A stretch of 64,000 nucleotides of DNA from contig CAVYRJ010000008.1 of the NCBI GenBank assembly GCA_963770935.1, forward strand, positions 192,001 through 256,000. Reading direction: 5' to 3'. Below the pieces are notes generated by a model. The model was not told the origin of the DNA. It was given only the letters and a program-made list of their open reading frames with translations, and made no database searches. A program made the position numbers and the translations under genes. Numbering within the stretch: the stretch's first letter is position 1; every line of letters begins with the position of its first letter. Source of the DNA: Candidatus Bathyarchaeota archaeon. GTDB lineage: Archaea > Thermoproteota > Bathyarchaeia > Bathyarchaeales > Bathycorpusculaceae. Below, in pieces: positions 42,727 to 54,600 of this stretch.

Positions 42727-45501
42727 TTATGGTCGTTTTCTTAAAGCTAAGACTATTACGACTGTCGCTATTACGATTGCAGCAATAATGCCAATCGACA
42801 TGGGCATAAAGTACATGTCAGCAAGCGTTAGGGGTTGGGTCGTTGTTGGCGTAGCAGTAGCATCTGGCGCTTCCTCTACAGTTAGGAATGTTGATGAGGA
42901 TGATCCATAGTATGCTTTGGAACCTGCGAAAGTTGCGAGTATTTGGTAATCACCTGATACCTCTGGAACGAACGAGAGTCCGTAGTTGCCGTTTATGTCA
43001 CTTGTTGTTTTACCGAGAGTAACATAGTTGCCGTTTGGATCAATAGCATTTAACTCTACTTCGACGCCTTTGGCATTTGTGGGCTCACCTTGCCCCATAA
43101 ACTTGTATTCCATCCATTCTTGCATGTCTTCATCAGAAATCGCTGGTGTATCCTTCAGAGTAAATTGCATCAAATTGTTAACATTGCGTCTGCCCGTGGG
43201 TGTTTGATCAGTGACTGTTCCTTCTATTACTACGCTGCTTCCGTGAACTGAAATCTTTGGTGATGCTGTGACTGTGGTAGCGCTTGGACCTTTACCGAAA
43301 GCGTATACTTGGCCGTCGTACAAGTTCCATGCTGTTAAGATGCCGTCTGCGAATTTAATGCCTGAACCCCAGAAGAGTATCTTCCAGATTAGTTCACCTG
43401 TAGTTATGTTGAAGCATTTCAAGCCAGGTGTGCGCCATAGGGGCGAAGAAGGCGAGTGTTCACTGACACTGGTGTAGAGTTTTCCATCGCAAACAGAGAA
43501 TCCTCGTGCTAAGTCATTGCCATAGGGGGAATCTGTGCCTTCGGCTGGAGAGGTGACTTGCCATATGACTTTTCCAGTCCTCGCTTCGTAAGCCGTATTG
43601 ACTCCAGAGTGTTGACCGCCTGTTATGATCATGTCATCGTAGAACAATGTTTGGAAGCCGTAGTAGCTAAATTGGGGCTCAGCTAAGCGGTCGCCTTGCC
43701 AAAGCTTCTGTCCTGTTTTCATATCGTAAACAATGGGGTTTATCAGCTCTGTTTCACTGCTAAAGACGAATACTTCTTGCTCTGGAAACACACCTACAAA
43801 GCCTATAGGTTGGTACCATTCCGTTGATGAAAATGGCGGGGTAAATGTTGTCTCCCAAAGTTTTTGACCTTCTTTTCCTCGTTCCAGACTAACACCCATT
43901 GCCCAGCCCTGAACAATCCCTTGTTCGTTGTTTTGGCCTGTTGTTCCAAAGATTATGTATTCGCCTTCACGGACCGCCCAGATAGATGCCGTTTCATTAA
44001 GTATAGAGTTTCTTGGACGAATTATGTTTGGCATAGAAACATTCAATGACCACATTAGATTTCCGTCATGTATGATGTCTGCACCGACAGCACCGAAATA
44101 TGATTCATAGGCGCCAGAGCCGGAGCCTCCTGAGGGACGCCATTGCCAAGCGCCTGTTCCATTTTGACTAGCAACCATGGTTCCTGCAGATGAGTTCCAG
44201 ATTGTCAGATAATAGTTGGGAGTTGTGGTGGTTCCTCTGTTGACGGCGTTGTAGTACAGTATGTCTCCGTTTTTAGCGTAGACGTTTGTGCCAGTGGCAG
44301 AGACGTTGGCTATATAGCAAATTGTTTTTCCTGTGTACGCATCAAGTAATTCTCTAAGAGTCCCAGTGACTACCGACGATCTATTTACGACAACGTTTTC
44401 TGCTAATCGCCGCGGTAAGGTCCCGGGGCCTAAGTATTCTACTTTAGCTACACGCAGTGATTCTGGCAATACTATGTTGGATGTTTTCCATAGGTATAGA
44501 TTGAGTCCGTGCTCGTTACCAGTGTCATACCAGTAGATCTGGCCAAAGCTTGGCTTGGTTCCGTTTGGATCATAGAATAGCTGTTCGCCTGTATACAGAT
44601 CCCAAATCGCATAGCCCCCGCTGGTATCATGTACTGTTTTTATTGGAGTAACATGTATTTTACCATCAAGTATAGGGTCTGCACTGTAGCCAACTGCTTG
44701 GTAGCCACCATAGCGATTGCCTAATGAGCCAAATCGTTCATCACCGATTGTTCCTGAAGGATAATGTTGGCGTGTCCACAGTATGTGAGGCGATTCCGGT
44801 GCTGTCCCGTAACCATAGTTTGAGGTTACGCCACCTGCACCACCTTGAGGCCATACGTTTGCGGCGCCGCCCAGCCAGTTTGCAGCAAGCTCAAACCACG
44901 TATTAGCTGCACCAGTGATGGGGCGCATCCAGTAATCAGTTGGTAGAGGAGGATTAGGCCATTGGGATACAGGTTCCGATTTTACGGTGAAGTTTGCTGG
45001 CATGCTTGTGGAGGGTTTGTGATAGTAGGCTCCTGCTGGCATTGTCCTGAAACCAGTAGATCCATATGGAATCGGCGCAGTTCGGTTTTTCCAGTTCCCA
45101 GGAAAATCAGCTATCAACAGAATAAACTCCAACTTCAGTAGGCGTATACATGTAATATCCGGCACCCACTGGATCAGTTCGTCCCATCGTGAATGTTTCG
45201 TTGGTTCCGTCAGGTTTTGTGATTGTCAGCTTTATGCCATCATATCCTTCTCTTCGTCCTCCGGTTCCACTAATTGGATCATCGTTGGCTGGCATTGGCA
45301 TACGATCAATAAAGTAGACAATAGACATTGCTTGGCCCACACCTGAAACTGGCGTAGGAGAGACGTAAATATTGGTCACGTAATTCGTTACAGGTAGCTG
45401 AGCATTGATTGTTGGCAAAGCAACAAATGAAGCAGCAATAGCAAACGATTAGAAATAACGAAATCAAATAATTTTTAGTCTTCTTTTTTAGCAAATTTCA
45501 T
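42727..45501 (-). CDS. Large surface PQQ-like beta-propeller protein with C-terminal TM anchor; 2-3 frameshifts (~45110, ~45445, ~45490)
   Basis: Three overlapping ORFs: signal peptide, ITKPDG, PLPTDYWMRPI, TG..W repeats, FGKGPSATTV, TM + RKRP. Confidence 0.85.
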
Positions 45502-46202
45502 TTTTTTTCTTTCCCATAATTTTACGCTGACAAGGCAAGCTTTTGAGTGTTTGCTTTGTCAACAAAAAGACGTTATCTGTGCTAGAATATATATTAAATT
45601 AATTGATTGTGCGTGTTTAGTTACGAGCCATGGATTTTATTTTACTTTTAGTTTCAAAAAAAGTTATTGTCCATTCACCATTTTCGAATTTTGTGAATTT
45701 TGCTTTTGGTTTTTATTTCTTTTAGTACGATTGTTGCTACTGGTGCTAAGGAAGCGAGTTGCAGCAGAACAACAACGATAACTTTGTTACCTTGTTGATT
45801 TAAGCTGTTTTTCAAAAAGGTGCTCGTCATTTACTTTTTTGAAAATCACCGGGAGCCTCAGTTGCAACTTTTAAGAAAAACCAAAAATCATCACCTAAAA
45901 AAGCAATGCAAATCTTCTAAGAACCGCCAAATTTAGGTTCACTTCAAATATCCTGAAAAACAGCTAAATACACACAATTGTTTTTGACACCACAACGGTG
46001 GCTACATAATGATTTTGACATGTAATAGTTATCGTTCATTTAAGAAAATGCACAATAACTTCTCCACATTTGAAGATTGAAAAGAAAGAAAATGGAAATT
46101 TGCGAGGGTGACATGGCTATTTTTATGCGAAAAGTTTAAGGGTAAATGTTTGTTTTAGGTTGCGAGTATTCTATCTTTGAGGTTTGTGGTTTGAGCACCA
46201 AA

Positions 46203-46742
46203 ATGGAAACAATCGAAGAACGGAAAGCGGAAGTTCTAATAAAACTTAGAAAATACAAGCTTATCGAGAAAGAAAAGTTTGAAGGCGCATACGCCTACAT
46301 CATCGATATTCCACAGGATAAAGAGAAAGCAATTGTTTGGTGCATCCTAGGCGAAGCCACCGTCGGCATCGCAGCCATGAACACTCTCTACAAGATTATG
46401 AAGGAAAAAGACCTCGACCGGGCCATTGTAGTCACCGAAGGACGCTACACCCACGCCGTCAAACTAGGCGCCAAGAAGAAGAAGGTGGAGTTACTTCCCA
46501 AATCGTTCCCTGTGTTTGACATCTTCGAGCATGCACTGGTCCCATTCCACGAAATCCTAACTGAAAAAGAAAAGAATGCACTATTGACACAGTTCAAAGT
46601 TAAACCCTACCAGATGCCGCAGATAAAATCAGGCGACCCAGCGGTCAAAGCGATAGGTGCCAAACCAGGCGACGTGCTAAAAATCACAAGAAAAAGCACA
46701 ACAGCAGGCGAACACGTAACATACAGGTACGTAGTAGAATAA
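46203..46742 (+). CDS. rpo5: RNA polymerase subunit Rpo5 (H) with extra ~100-aa N-terminal domain
   Basis: C-terminal [15 protein letters not shown]...[10 protein letters not shown]...[19 protein letters not shown]. Confidence 0.93.
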   Translation: METIEERKAEVLIKLRKYKLIEKEKFEGAYAYIIDIPQDKEKAIVWCILGEATVGIAAMNTLYKIMKEKDLDRAIVVTEGRYTHAVKLGAKKKKVELLPKSFPVFDIFEHALVPFHEILTEKEKNALLTQFKVKPYQMPQIKSGDPAVKAIGAKPGDVLKITRKSTTAGEHVTYRYVVE

Positions 46743-46755
46743 AAAAATAAAATTT

Positions 46756-47313
46756 TTATTTTGCAATCATGATTTCTGTTGATTTCACGATTGCAGACAC
46801 TTCATCGCCTACTTTTATATCTAATTCTTCAATCGCTTCTTTTGTTATGACTGCTGTAATAGTTACTGGCATCTTGATTTCAACTTTAACTTTCCCGGTT
46901 ATGACGCCTTTTTCAACCGCTACAACTTTTCCTTTAAATTGGTTTCGTGCACTTAACTTCAAACCTTTCACCTCCAAACTGACCTGACCAGATAAAACCT
47001 TATCCAAATAATTCTCCGCTTGCTTATACTCCCCGAGCAAATTCTTGCCCAAATCAGTCAGTTTTGCGCCGCCTCCGCCAGATTTTCCGCCCTTGTAGGT
47101 TTCCACAATCTGTTCCTCCATAACGGTTTGGATTTCCTGTATGTAGTTCCAAACGTAGCGGTAAGACATCCCTAGTGTTTCTGCAGCTTTAGAAATCGAG
47201 TTTTCTTTGTCTATGGCTTCTAGAATTTCTGCTCCGCCCTTGCCGATTAAGGGTTTTCCTTTGTATTCTATCCAGGCTTTGCATGAGAGTGTGTGTTTTT
47301 TATTTGTTAACAA
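46756..47313 (-). CDS. modE: ModE-family regulator (wHTH + TOBE)
   Basis: SISKAAETLGMSYRYVW, GGKSGGGAKLT, SARNQFKG, AVITKEAIEEL. Confidence 0.9.
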   Translation of the reverse strand: MLTNKKHTLSCKAWIEYKGKPLIGKGGAEILEAIDKENSISKAAETLGMSYRYVWNYIQEIQTVMEEQIVETYKGGKSGGGGAKLTDLGKNLLGEYKQAENYLDKVLSGQVSLEVKGLKLSARNQFKGKVVAVEKGVITGKVKVEIKMPVTITAVITKEAIEELDIKVGDEVSAIVKSTEIMIAK

Positions 47314-47339
47314 TTTGTCTAAAACTATTTGCGATAAGG

Positions 47340-47376
47340 TTTATAAGGTTAATGATATGTATCTCAAAACATATCG
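47340..47376 (+). promoter_or_regulatory. tup promoter TATA box and ModE-type operator
   Basis: TTTATAAG (47340-47347) followed by perfect inverted repeat GATATGT-N8-ACATATC (47354-47375), similar to the ModE consensus CGNTATATA-N6-TATATANCG. Confidence 0.7.
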
Positions 47377-47385
47377 GTGTTTAAA

Positions 47386-48399
47386 ATGCAAACATGGCAA
47401 AAACTAATTGTAGTAGCAGCCCTCGCAACCATAATCGTAATCGCAGGCACAATGGTCTACTTCAACCAAGTGGCAAAAAAACGCCTAATAATATCTACAA
47501 CCACAAGCCTCTATGACACAGGATTACTCGACCAGCTAGAAAAAGAGTATGAAAGTAAACATTCATCAGTAGACATAAATATAATATCTGCAGGAACCGG
47601 AATAGCAATACAACATGCCCAAAATGGAGATGCTGACCTTATCCTCGTGCATGCACCGGCACAAGAGTTAACTTTCCTTGAGCAAGGCTGGGGACTCAAT
47701 CGCAAAATAATAGCTTACAACTACTTCACAGTCGTGGGACCAGACAACGATCCTGCAAGCATAGAAGGCAAAACAACAAACGCAGCCTTAAGAAGCATCG
47801 CAAACTTCGGCGGGAACCTAACTGACCAATCAGGGCAAACCAAAATATTCGTCTCCAGAGGAGACAACTCCGGAACACACAGTAAAGAGCAAAGCCTATG
47901 GAAAGCAGCAGGCTACAACTATACAGAAATCTCAGCGCAACCTTGGTATGCAAGCGTTGGGCAAGGCATGGGCGCAACTTTAACGGTAGCTGACGAAAAG
48001 GATGCTTACACATTGTCAGACATAGGAACGTTCCTTAAGTTTGAGAAAGACGCCACCATATCTTCAGTTGCTCTCTTAACAGAGGAAAAATCTCTTCTCA
48101 ACGTCTACAGTGCAATGGCAGTAAACCAAACGGTACCAGCCAACCAAACTATTCACGACAAGATAAATTACGTTGACGCGATGGATTTTATAAAATTCTT
48201 AGCCTCGCCTGAAACTCAACAGTTCATCGAAGACTACGGCAAAGCAGACTATGGACAAAGCCTATTCTATGGTGCAGTGCAACCATTAAAAAACAATGCG
48301 CCCCAACCAATTGTTGGGTGGATACAAAGCGCCGCGTTCTTTGACAGTTCCGAATGTCCTCCACAATACAGAAACGGCTACTCAGAGCTCTACACTTAG
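47386..48399 (+). CDS. tupA: Tungstate ABC transporter substrate-binding protein
   Basis: STTTSLYDTGLL (TTTS), GTGIAI, SRGDNSGTH, GQGMG, YTLSD. Confidence 0.92.
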   Translation: MQTWQKLIVVAALATIIVIAGTMVYFNQVAKKRLIISTTTSLYDTGLLDQLEKEYESKHSSVDINIISAGTGIAIQHAQNGDADLILVHAPAQELTFLEQGWGLNRKIIAYNYFTVVGPDNDPASIEGKTTNAALRSIANFGGNLTDQSGQTKIFVSRGDNSGTHSKEQSLWKAAGYNYTEISAQPWYASVGQGMGATLTVADEKDAYTLSDIGTFLKFEKDATISSVALLTEEKSLLNVYSAMAVNQTVPANQTIHDKINYVDAMDFIKFLASPETQQFIEDYGKADYGQSLFYGAVQPLKNNAPQPIVGWIQSAAFFDSSECPPQYRNGYSELYT

Positions 48400-48411
48400 A
48401 GGACAATAATA

Positions 48412-49131
48412 TTGGTTGACATAGTCAGTGGAATGGCCGAAGCTGGGCGGTTAATATTAGAAGGCGACCCAACGCTTTATGGAATCGTCTTCCGCTCTCT
48501 CCTTTTTTCTGGAGTAGCAGTAATTTTAGCTGCACTTTGGGGAACACCCATTGCTATGGTAATAAGCCTAAAAATTTTCAAAGGAAAAACAATCGTTAAA
48601 GGCTTCTTTACTTCATTGATTGGTATACCAACGGTTGTATTAGGTTTAGTATTGTTTCTTCTTTTCTCGAGAAGTGGTCCTCTGGGTTTTCTAGGGCTAC
48701 TCTACTCTCCAAGTGGCATAATAATTGGCGAAGCTATACTTGTAACACCTATACTAATCAGCATAATGATAACATCTATAGAAGCAGTCGATCCAGAAAT
48801 AATGAACCTAGCAAAAACATTAGGTGCTTCAGAATCGCAAGCAGCAATCGCAGTTTTGAAAGAAGCTCTTAACGGTGTTTTACTGTCAAACATTGCGAGC
48901 TTCAACCGAGCAATCGCCGAGTTAGGGGTAGCGTTGATGGTAGGTGGAAACATTGCTGATTTAACTGATGTTTTAACCACGGCTATTTCGAGATATACTC
49001 AAATTGGCGATTTTGGTTATGCCATAGCTTTAGGAATATTTTTAATGGCAATAATTTTCTTGATAAACACGCTCATAATTGTGGCTCGAAAAGCAAAGTG
49101 GTTGTACACAATATGGAGAGTCCCACAGTAA
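48412..49131 (+). CDS. tupB: Tungstate ABC transporter permease
   Basis: PTVVLGL, LFSRSGPLG, RAIAELG, VGGNI. Confidence 0.9.
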   Translation: MVDIVSGMAEAGRLILEGDPTLYGIVFRSLLFSGVAVILAALWGTPIAMVISLKIFKGKTIVKGFFTSLIGIPTVVLGLVLFLLFSRSGPLGFLGLLYSPSGIIIGEAILVTPILISIMITSIEAVDPEIMNLAKTLGASESQAAIAVLKEALNGVLLSNIASFNRAIAELGVALMVGGNIADLTDVLTTAISRYTQIGDFGYAIALGIFLMAIIFLINTLIIVARKAKWLYTIWRVPQ

Positions 49132-49147
49132 TTTCGGAGCTTAAAGA

Positions 49148-50209
49148 ATGGCAACAATTGTTGAATTGAAAAATGTAACAAAAGCCTACGCAAACAAAAC
49201 TGTACTAGATAACGTTAGCCTGCAAGTCAACCAAGGAGAAATATTGGCGTTAATTGGACCGAACGGTTCAGGCAAATCAACTATACTAAAAATTATGGCT
49301 TTTCTTGAAAACATCTCAAACGGTGAAGTAAAATTCGAAAACGAAAACCTTAGCGCTAAAAATGCTGAAAAACTTCGGATGCAAAGCACTCTTGTATTTC
49401 AAAAAACAACTCTATTTGACTCTTCAGTGTATGATAATGTTGTTTATGGGTTGAAAATTAGAAAAGTTCCAAAAAATACGCATCGTGAAGCAGTAAAAGT
49501 CGCATTAAGGATAGTAAAGTTGGAGGGTTTTGAGAATCGTCCTGCAAGAAAGCTTTCAGGTGGGGAACAACAAAGAGTAGCAATAGCTCGAGCTTTAGTT
49601 TTAAAGACGAAACTTTTGCTTTTAGATGAGCCAACAGCAAACTTGGATCCAAAGAACGCGCAGATAATTGAGGATGTTATATCGACAGTAAATCATGAGT
49701 TAAAAACTACGATTGTGATGGCAACACATAACATGTTCCAAGCGAAAGCCCTGCCTACGCGCATTGCGCTAATAGAGGATGGTAAAATCACTGAAGTTGG
49801 TCTACCCGCTGATGTTTTCGGCAAGCTTTCTCGTAACCTTTCAAGTTTTGCAGCTGTTGAAAACAGGTTCTCTGGAAAAGCTCAATTGACAGCAGAGGGT
49901 ACAGCGCTTGTGGACATTGGCAATGGTGTTTTGGTTGAAGTTACCGCTCAAAAACAAGGCGAAATATCCATCTTTATCAGCCCACAAGATATAATATTAT
50001 GTAAAACCACCATCCACTCCAGCGCCAGAAATGAATTCAAAGGAGAAATAGTTGAAGTTGCCGATTCGGATTCAGTTGTTAAGCTTAAGGTGGATGTTGG
50101 CAAGGTTTTTGCTGTTCAAATAACTAAGAAATCTTTCAAGGAAATGGAACTTAATTTAGGCTCAGATGTTTATATTGCATTTAAGGCTTCAAGTGTTAAT
50201 GTTTTTTAG
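49148..50209 (+). CDS. tupC: Tungstate ABC transporter ATPase with TOBE domain
   Basis: GPNGSGKST, LSGGEQQR, LLDEPT, SARNEFKG. Confidence 0.9.
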   Translation: MATIVELKNVTKAYANKTVLDNVSLQVNQGEILALIGPNGSGKSTILKIMAFLENISNGEVKFENENLSAKNAEKLRMQSTLVFQKTTLFDSSVYDNVVYGLKIRKVPKNTHREAVKVALRIVKLEGFENRPARKLSGGEQQRVAIARALVLKTKLLLLDEPTANLDPKNAQIIEDVISTVNHELKTTIVMATHNMFQAKALPTRIALIEDGKITEVGLPADVFGKLSRNLSSFAAVENRFSGKAQLTAEGTALVDIGNGVLVEVTAQKQGEISIFISPQDIILCKTTIHSSARNEFKGEIVEVADSDSVVKLKVDVGKVFAVQITKKSFKEMELNLGSDVYIAFKASSVNVF

Positions 50210-50211
50210 GT

Positions 50212-50430
50212 TCAAGATTTCAGCTCAGGTTTCAATTCACCGAGAATAACAATTGCTTCACCAAGCGGCATCCCCAACCGCTGCGCAAGTTCAATAGCGG
50301 AAATATCCGATTTCTGCGGCAATATGCTGTTGCGGGTGTATGCTTTGTGAGTTGGATACATTACGGAGGCATGGACGGCTTCTACAAGTAAATGCCAAAG
50401 TTTCTCTTTAGTGTATTCATCCAAGTTCAT
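50212..50430 (-). CDS. Small hypothetical protein (HTH-like C-terminus)
   Basis: MNLDEYTKEKLW...SAIELAQRLGMPLGEA. Confidence 0.6.
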   Translation of the reverse strand: MNLDEYTKEKLWHLLVEAVHASVMYPTHKAYTRNSILPQKSDISAIELAQRLGMPLGEAIVILGELKPELKS

Positions 50431-50479
50431 AGGTAACAACCATTTGATATACTGAAATGGGTTATTAGTCTACCGCAAG

Positions 50480-50870
50480 CTACGGTAGACGTCGTTATAA
50501 ACGCTGGAAAGGAAGACGTACCCAAAGCTGTCAAACAACTAATTAAGCTGGTTCTGATTTTGTGATTGAAGCAGCAGGAACCAAAGCGACAGTTGAGCAG
50601 ACACCTTTTTGGTGCGGAAAGCGGGCAAAGTCGCGTTAGTGGGAGAGTCTGAAGGTTATTTGAATTTGGGAGATGCTGAAGAAGCCCAGTTCCTCACGAT
50701 TTACCTTTCACCCGTTGAGTATCCAGAGGCAGTTGAGCTAATTGCGCGAAAACTCGTGGACGTAAAAGGACTAATAACGCACAGGTTCAAACTTGCCGAG
50801 TTTGAGAAGGCATTGAAGACGGCGGATAATCAATCGGAAAACCTCTGAAAGTAGTTATAACACAACAAAT
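50480..50870 (+). pseudogene. C-terminal fragment of a zinc-dependent (MDR) dehydrogenase
   Basis: VDVVINAGKED / DFVIEAAG / VRKAGKVALVG / LITHRFKL / KVVI; the catalytic N-terminal part is absent. Confidence 0.7.
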
Positions 50871-50958
50871 AGTCCTCAAGATGGTTAACCACAAGGTATA
50901 TTTCTGTTAGAGAAGTGTTAACCCCAAACCACCCTATGTATAACGGAGCTTAACAGTT

Positions 50959-51633
50959 TTGGCAATAGAAGCGGTAATTTTCGATTTAGATGGAACACTC
51001 GCCCATTTCAACTTAGACTACAAGGCTTTGCGATCTGAAGTCAGAACCTACCTGATGAGCAAGCGCGTTCCTGCATCTGTTCTCGACGTTAACGAGAGCA
51101 TATTTGAGATGTTAAAAAAAGCCGAGATTTTTGTTAAAAATAATTCGAAATCCCCGGAAGCTTTTGTCGAAGTTCGCACACAAGCGTTAGGTATTGCCGA
51201 GAAATACGAGATGGAAGCCGCCACAACCACGAACCTGCTTGCTGGAGCAGTTGAAACACTCAAAGAATTGCAGAAGATGAACCTGAAATTGGGTTTATGC
51301 ACAACCAGCAGCGATAAAGCAGCAAACTATATTCTGCAACGATTCAAAATTGACAGTTTCTTCAAAGTTGTTGTTCCACGAGACAAAGTGAAATATGTAA
51401 AGCCCCATACGGAACAATTTGAGGTAGCGCTTAAAACACTAGGTGTTCACGCGAAAACCGCGCTAATAGTTGGTGACAGCATTGTTGACATGCAGAGCGC
51501 TAAAGAACTAAAAGCCATAGCTATCGGGTTGCCCACCGGCTTAACCACAACAGAGCAATTGATGAGTAACGGAGCAAACTACATCATAACCTCATTAACT
51601 GACTTGCCACTTCTAGTAAAGAAAATAAAATAA
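50959..51633 (+). CDS. HAD-family hydrolase (phosphoglycolate phosphatase-like)
   Basis: IFDLDGT, KP, VGDSIVD. Confidence 0.9.
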   Translation: MAIEAVIFDLDGTLAHFNLDYKALRSEVRTYLMSKRVPASVLDVNESIFEMLKKAEIFVKNNSKSPEAFVEVRTQALGIAEKYEMEAATTTNLLAGAVETLKELQKMNLKLGLCTTSSDKAANYILQRFKIDSFFKVVVPRDKVKYVKPHTEQFEVALKTLGVHAKTALIVGDSIVDMQSAKELKAIAIGLPTGLTTTEQLMSNGANYIITSLTDLPLLVKKIK

Positions 51634-51635
51634 GA

Positions 51636-54600
51636 TTAAGCAGCAGTCACAACGCCATCTTTACAGACGAGTTTTCGCTCTCGCACCAGCCGCTTGAACA
51701 CTTCAGAGAACACTGCGTTGGCTCCATCGCCTGAATGATTTATCCCAAATACTTTTGCGGTTTCTGCAATCAGCGAATCATCGCTTATACCTAAAGCATA
51801 CTGAGCAACTATTGTCATAGCTGATTCAACCTCTTCAGGTGCAATGTAATCGGCTTTGCGCTTTGATTCTGGAAAACCCTGAATTGGCACTCGAATAGGC
51901 GTTTCGCTAAGTCCAATTGGCCACAGAAAACTGCCTTTGATAATCACTTTCTGCATCTTAATCAGGTTGTTTAATGCCTCCCTTACAGCGTGAGCGATTT
52001 TTGGAGTTACCCGTTTTATCCCCCAGGCAGCCGCTAACCGTTCAACTGAATAGTCAAAGTGCACTGGACCTTCGTTTTGAACCAGTTCTGCGAGGAGTTT
52101 GGTTTGGTTTTCTCGGTTTTCTGGAAAATGGAACTCGTTTTTTTGTTTAGAGTCATATTTAGATTTGGCTGTGGCGACCTTGATGTAGGGATTGTAGGTT
52201 GCTTTAAGTGGGTAGACTTTGTAGGGAACCCCGATTTTCTCGATGCCTGCAAATGTGTTTTTCCGGACATCTGTTTGAGATGCTGAGCCTTCTTTGATGT
52301 CTATGATGGGTTTTTGGGCGTCTTTCTCAAGTTGAATTTTTTGGGCTTGTTCAAGGGTTTCTTTTAGACGCCTGATTTCTGAGTCACGTCTTGCAACCCA
52401 TGCTGGTGACCATATGCGGTGCATGCGCCAGCCCAGTTGCCGCAGGACTTGTTCGCGAAGTCTGTCCCTATCACGGGCGCTGCTGCTTGACTTGTATGTG
52501 GCGCCATCGCATTCTACACCAAGAAGGAAATTTCCAGTGTTAACGGGGTCAACAACTCCGATGTCAATTCTACAACCGCTACAACCTACTTCTGGAACGA
52601 CCTCATAGCCCAGTTTTTTGATTTCCGCTGCTACATCTTGGTCTAAGGATGAATCAAAAGCGCCTTCCTTTGATTTAGTCGGTAAGGTTTCAGGTCCAAG
52701 CTCAGCATAATCAAGATAGGTGCGCAGTGTTTGTACTCCCAGTGCTTGAGTGTCTTTATCAATATCAGAACCTTTAATGGAAGTTATCATCACGACTTTC
52801 TCTCGAGCGCGTGTAACGGCAACGTTTAGGCGCCGTTCGCCGCCTGGTTTGTTTAAGGGTCCAAAGTTCATTGTCATTTGTCCCTGCTGGTCAAAGCCGT
52901 AGCCAACACTAAAAAAAATGACGTCGCGTTCGTCTCCTTGCACGTTCTCAAGGTTCTTTACGAAGAAGCCTTCTAAACGGTCTTCTTTAAAGAAGAGTTC
53001 GAAGTCAGGTTGTTCTTTTCTTCGGCGATCGATAGCTTCTTCAATGGCATCCATCTGTGCAATGCTAAAGGTTACGACACCCAATGTTTTCTTGGGATAG
53101 TTTTTGAAATGCTCAAACACAAGGTCGACGACTTTTTCTGCTTCTTTTAGGTTGTTTCTTGCTCCGCCTCGGTCATAAATTCCGTCTGGCACATGGACGA
53201 GTTTTACGCCTAAACTGTCATTTTCTGCTTTTGCAGCTGGGAACGTTATCATGGTGTCATCGTAGAAGCGGTGATTGGAGAACGCGATGAGCTCTTCGTG
53301 TTTGCTGCGGTAGTGCCACCTCAGCGTTTTTACTGGCAAGCCTATGCCTAAACATTCGTCTAATATACTGTCGAAAACTTCTATGTCGTCATCGCTAAGT
53401 TCATCCCAGTCGACATCGCCGATTAAGTTTTTCTGGAAGAAGCTGGTAGGCGGCAGCTGCTTGTTATCGCCTGCAACAACAAGCGTTTTGCCCCGGTAGA
53501 TAGCACCTATGGCGTCTTCGGGAACAAGCTGCGATGCCTCATCGAAAAGAACTAAGTCAAACTTGCTATCTGGAGGCAAAAACTGGCTAACGGAGATGGG
53601 GCTCATCAACAGGCAAGGCTTTAGTTTGACAAGTAGATTTGGAATCTTTTGCATCAGCGTACGAATCGGCATAAGGCGCCTTTTCTTTGCAGCCTCTTTG
53701 AGCAAAATGTTTGCTTCGGTGTCGGCTGCTTGTATCAGGATATCTTGGGGTTTTCTTGCTATTCGCTGATTCAATAACCATACTGGATGTGAGGTAGATT
53801 AATTCTTGGTCGAGTTTTCGGAAGTCAGCGATTAACTGCTCATGGTTCTCGCGGCGGAATCTGCCCAATTTCTGGTCTTCGTTATATAGATTGTTTATCC
53901 ATTCCTGGTAAACACTCTTCCGGAAAACCTCACCCAAGTCGGCTGCTGAAATATGCTGTTCAACTAAACGGCTAAAGAACTGATCTAGATTTCGTAGATT
54001 GAAGCGATTCTTAACGTCTCTAAAGTCGATCCAAACCTGCAAATCATCCACCCGGTCGCGGAGTACTTGGATTCGCTCGATTATTACTTTGATTTCTAAT
54101 TCCTTTAGATTTTGGTTTCGGTATTTCATCTCAGTTTCGAAACGCTTTTCAAAATCCGCCAGAACCTTAAGCGAACTCTCGTTTTGCTGCTGTTAGTTCT
54201 GAGTTGGATGGCGCTGCAACCGGTCCTTGAGCGGCAATGTCTGCAAAAGCTTGGGGTACAGGGATGTCGCGAAATGCGGCTTGCACTTTTTTGCTCCATT
54301 CAAGCACAAAGACAATGTCTTGCCAATTGGTTTCTAATTCGTTGAAGCGACTGCCAAATTTGGTTTGCAACTGGACTCTTTCGCCTACAATCCGGGTTTC
54401 CTGTTTTCGTATATCTTCAGCGTTTTTGAGGTCTTGTATGAGTTGTTTGAAGTTTTGGGGTTCTTGCTTGCAGGTTGCTAAGGTGTCTCTTGTTAGTGCG
54501 CAGAGGAGGTTTTGCTGTTTTTCTAGGTCGTTTGCCCATTCCTCAAGCGTTGAAAGCGCAGTTTGTGTAATTGGCTTATCGGATTTTGGAATAGTTGGTG

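Noticed and set aside
45551-46140. 76-aa ORF and long AT-rich gap before rpo5
   Set aside because: Low-complexity F/C/L-rich translation typical of T-rich promoter DNA; no structure found.
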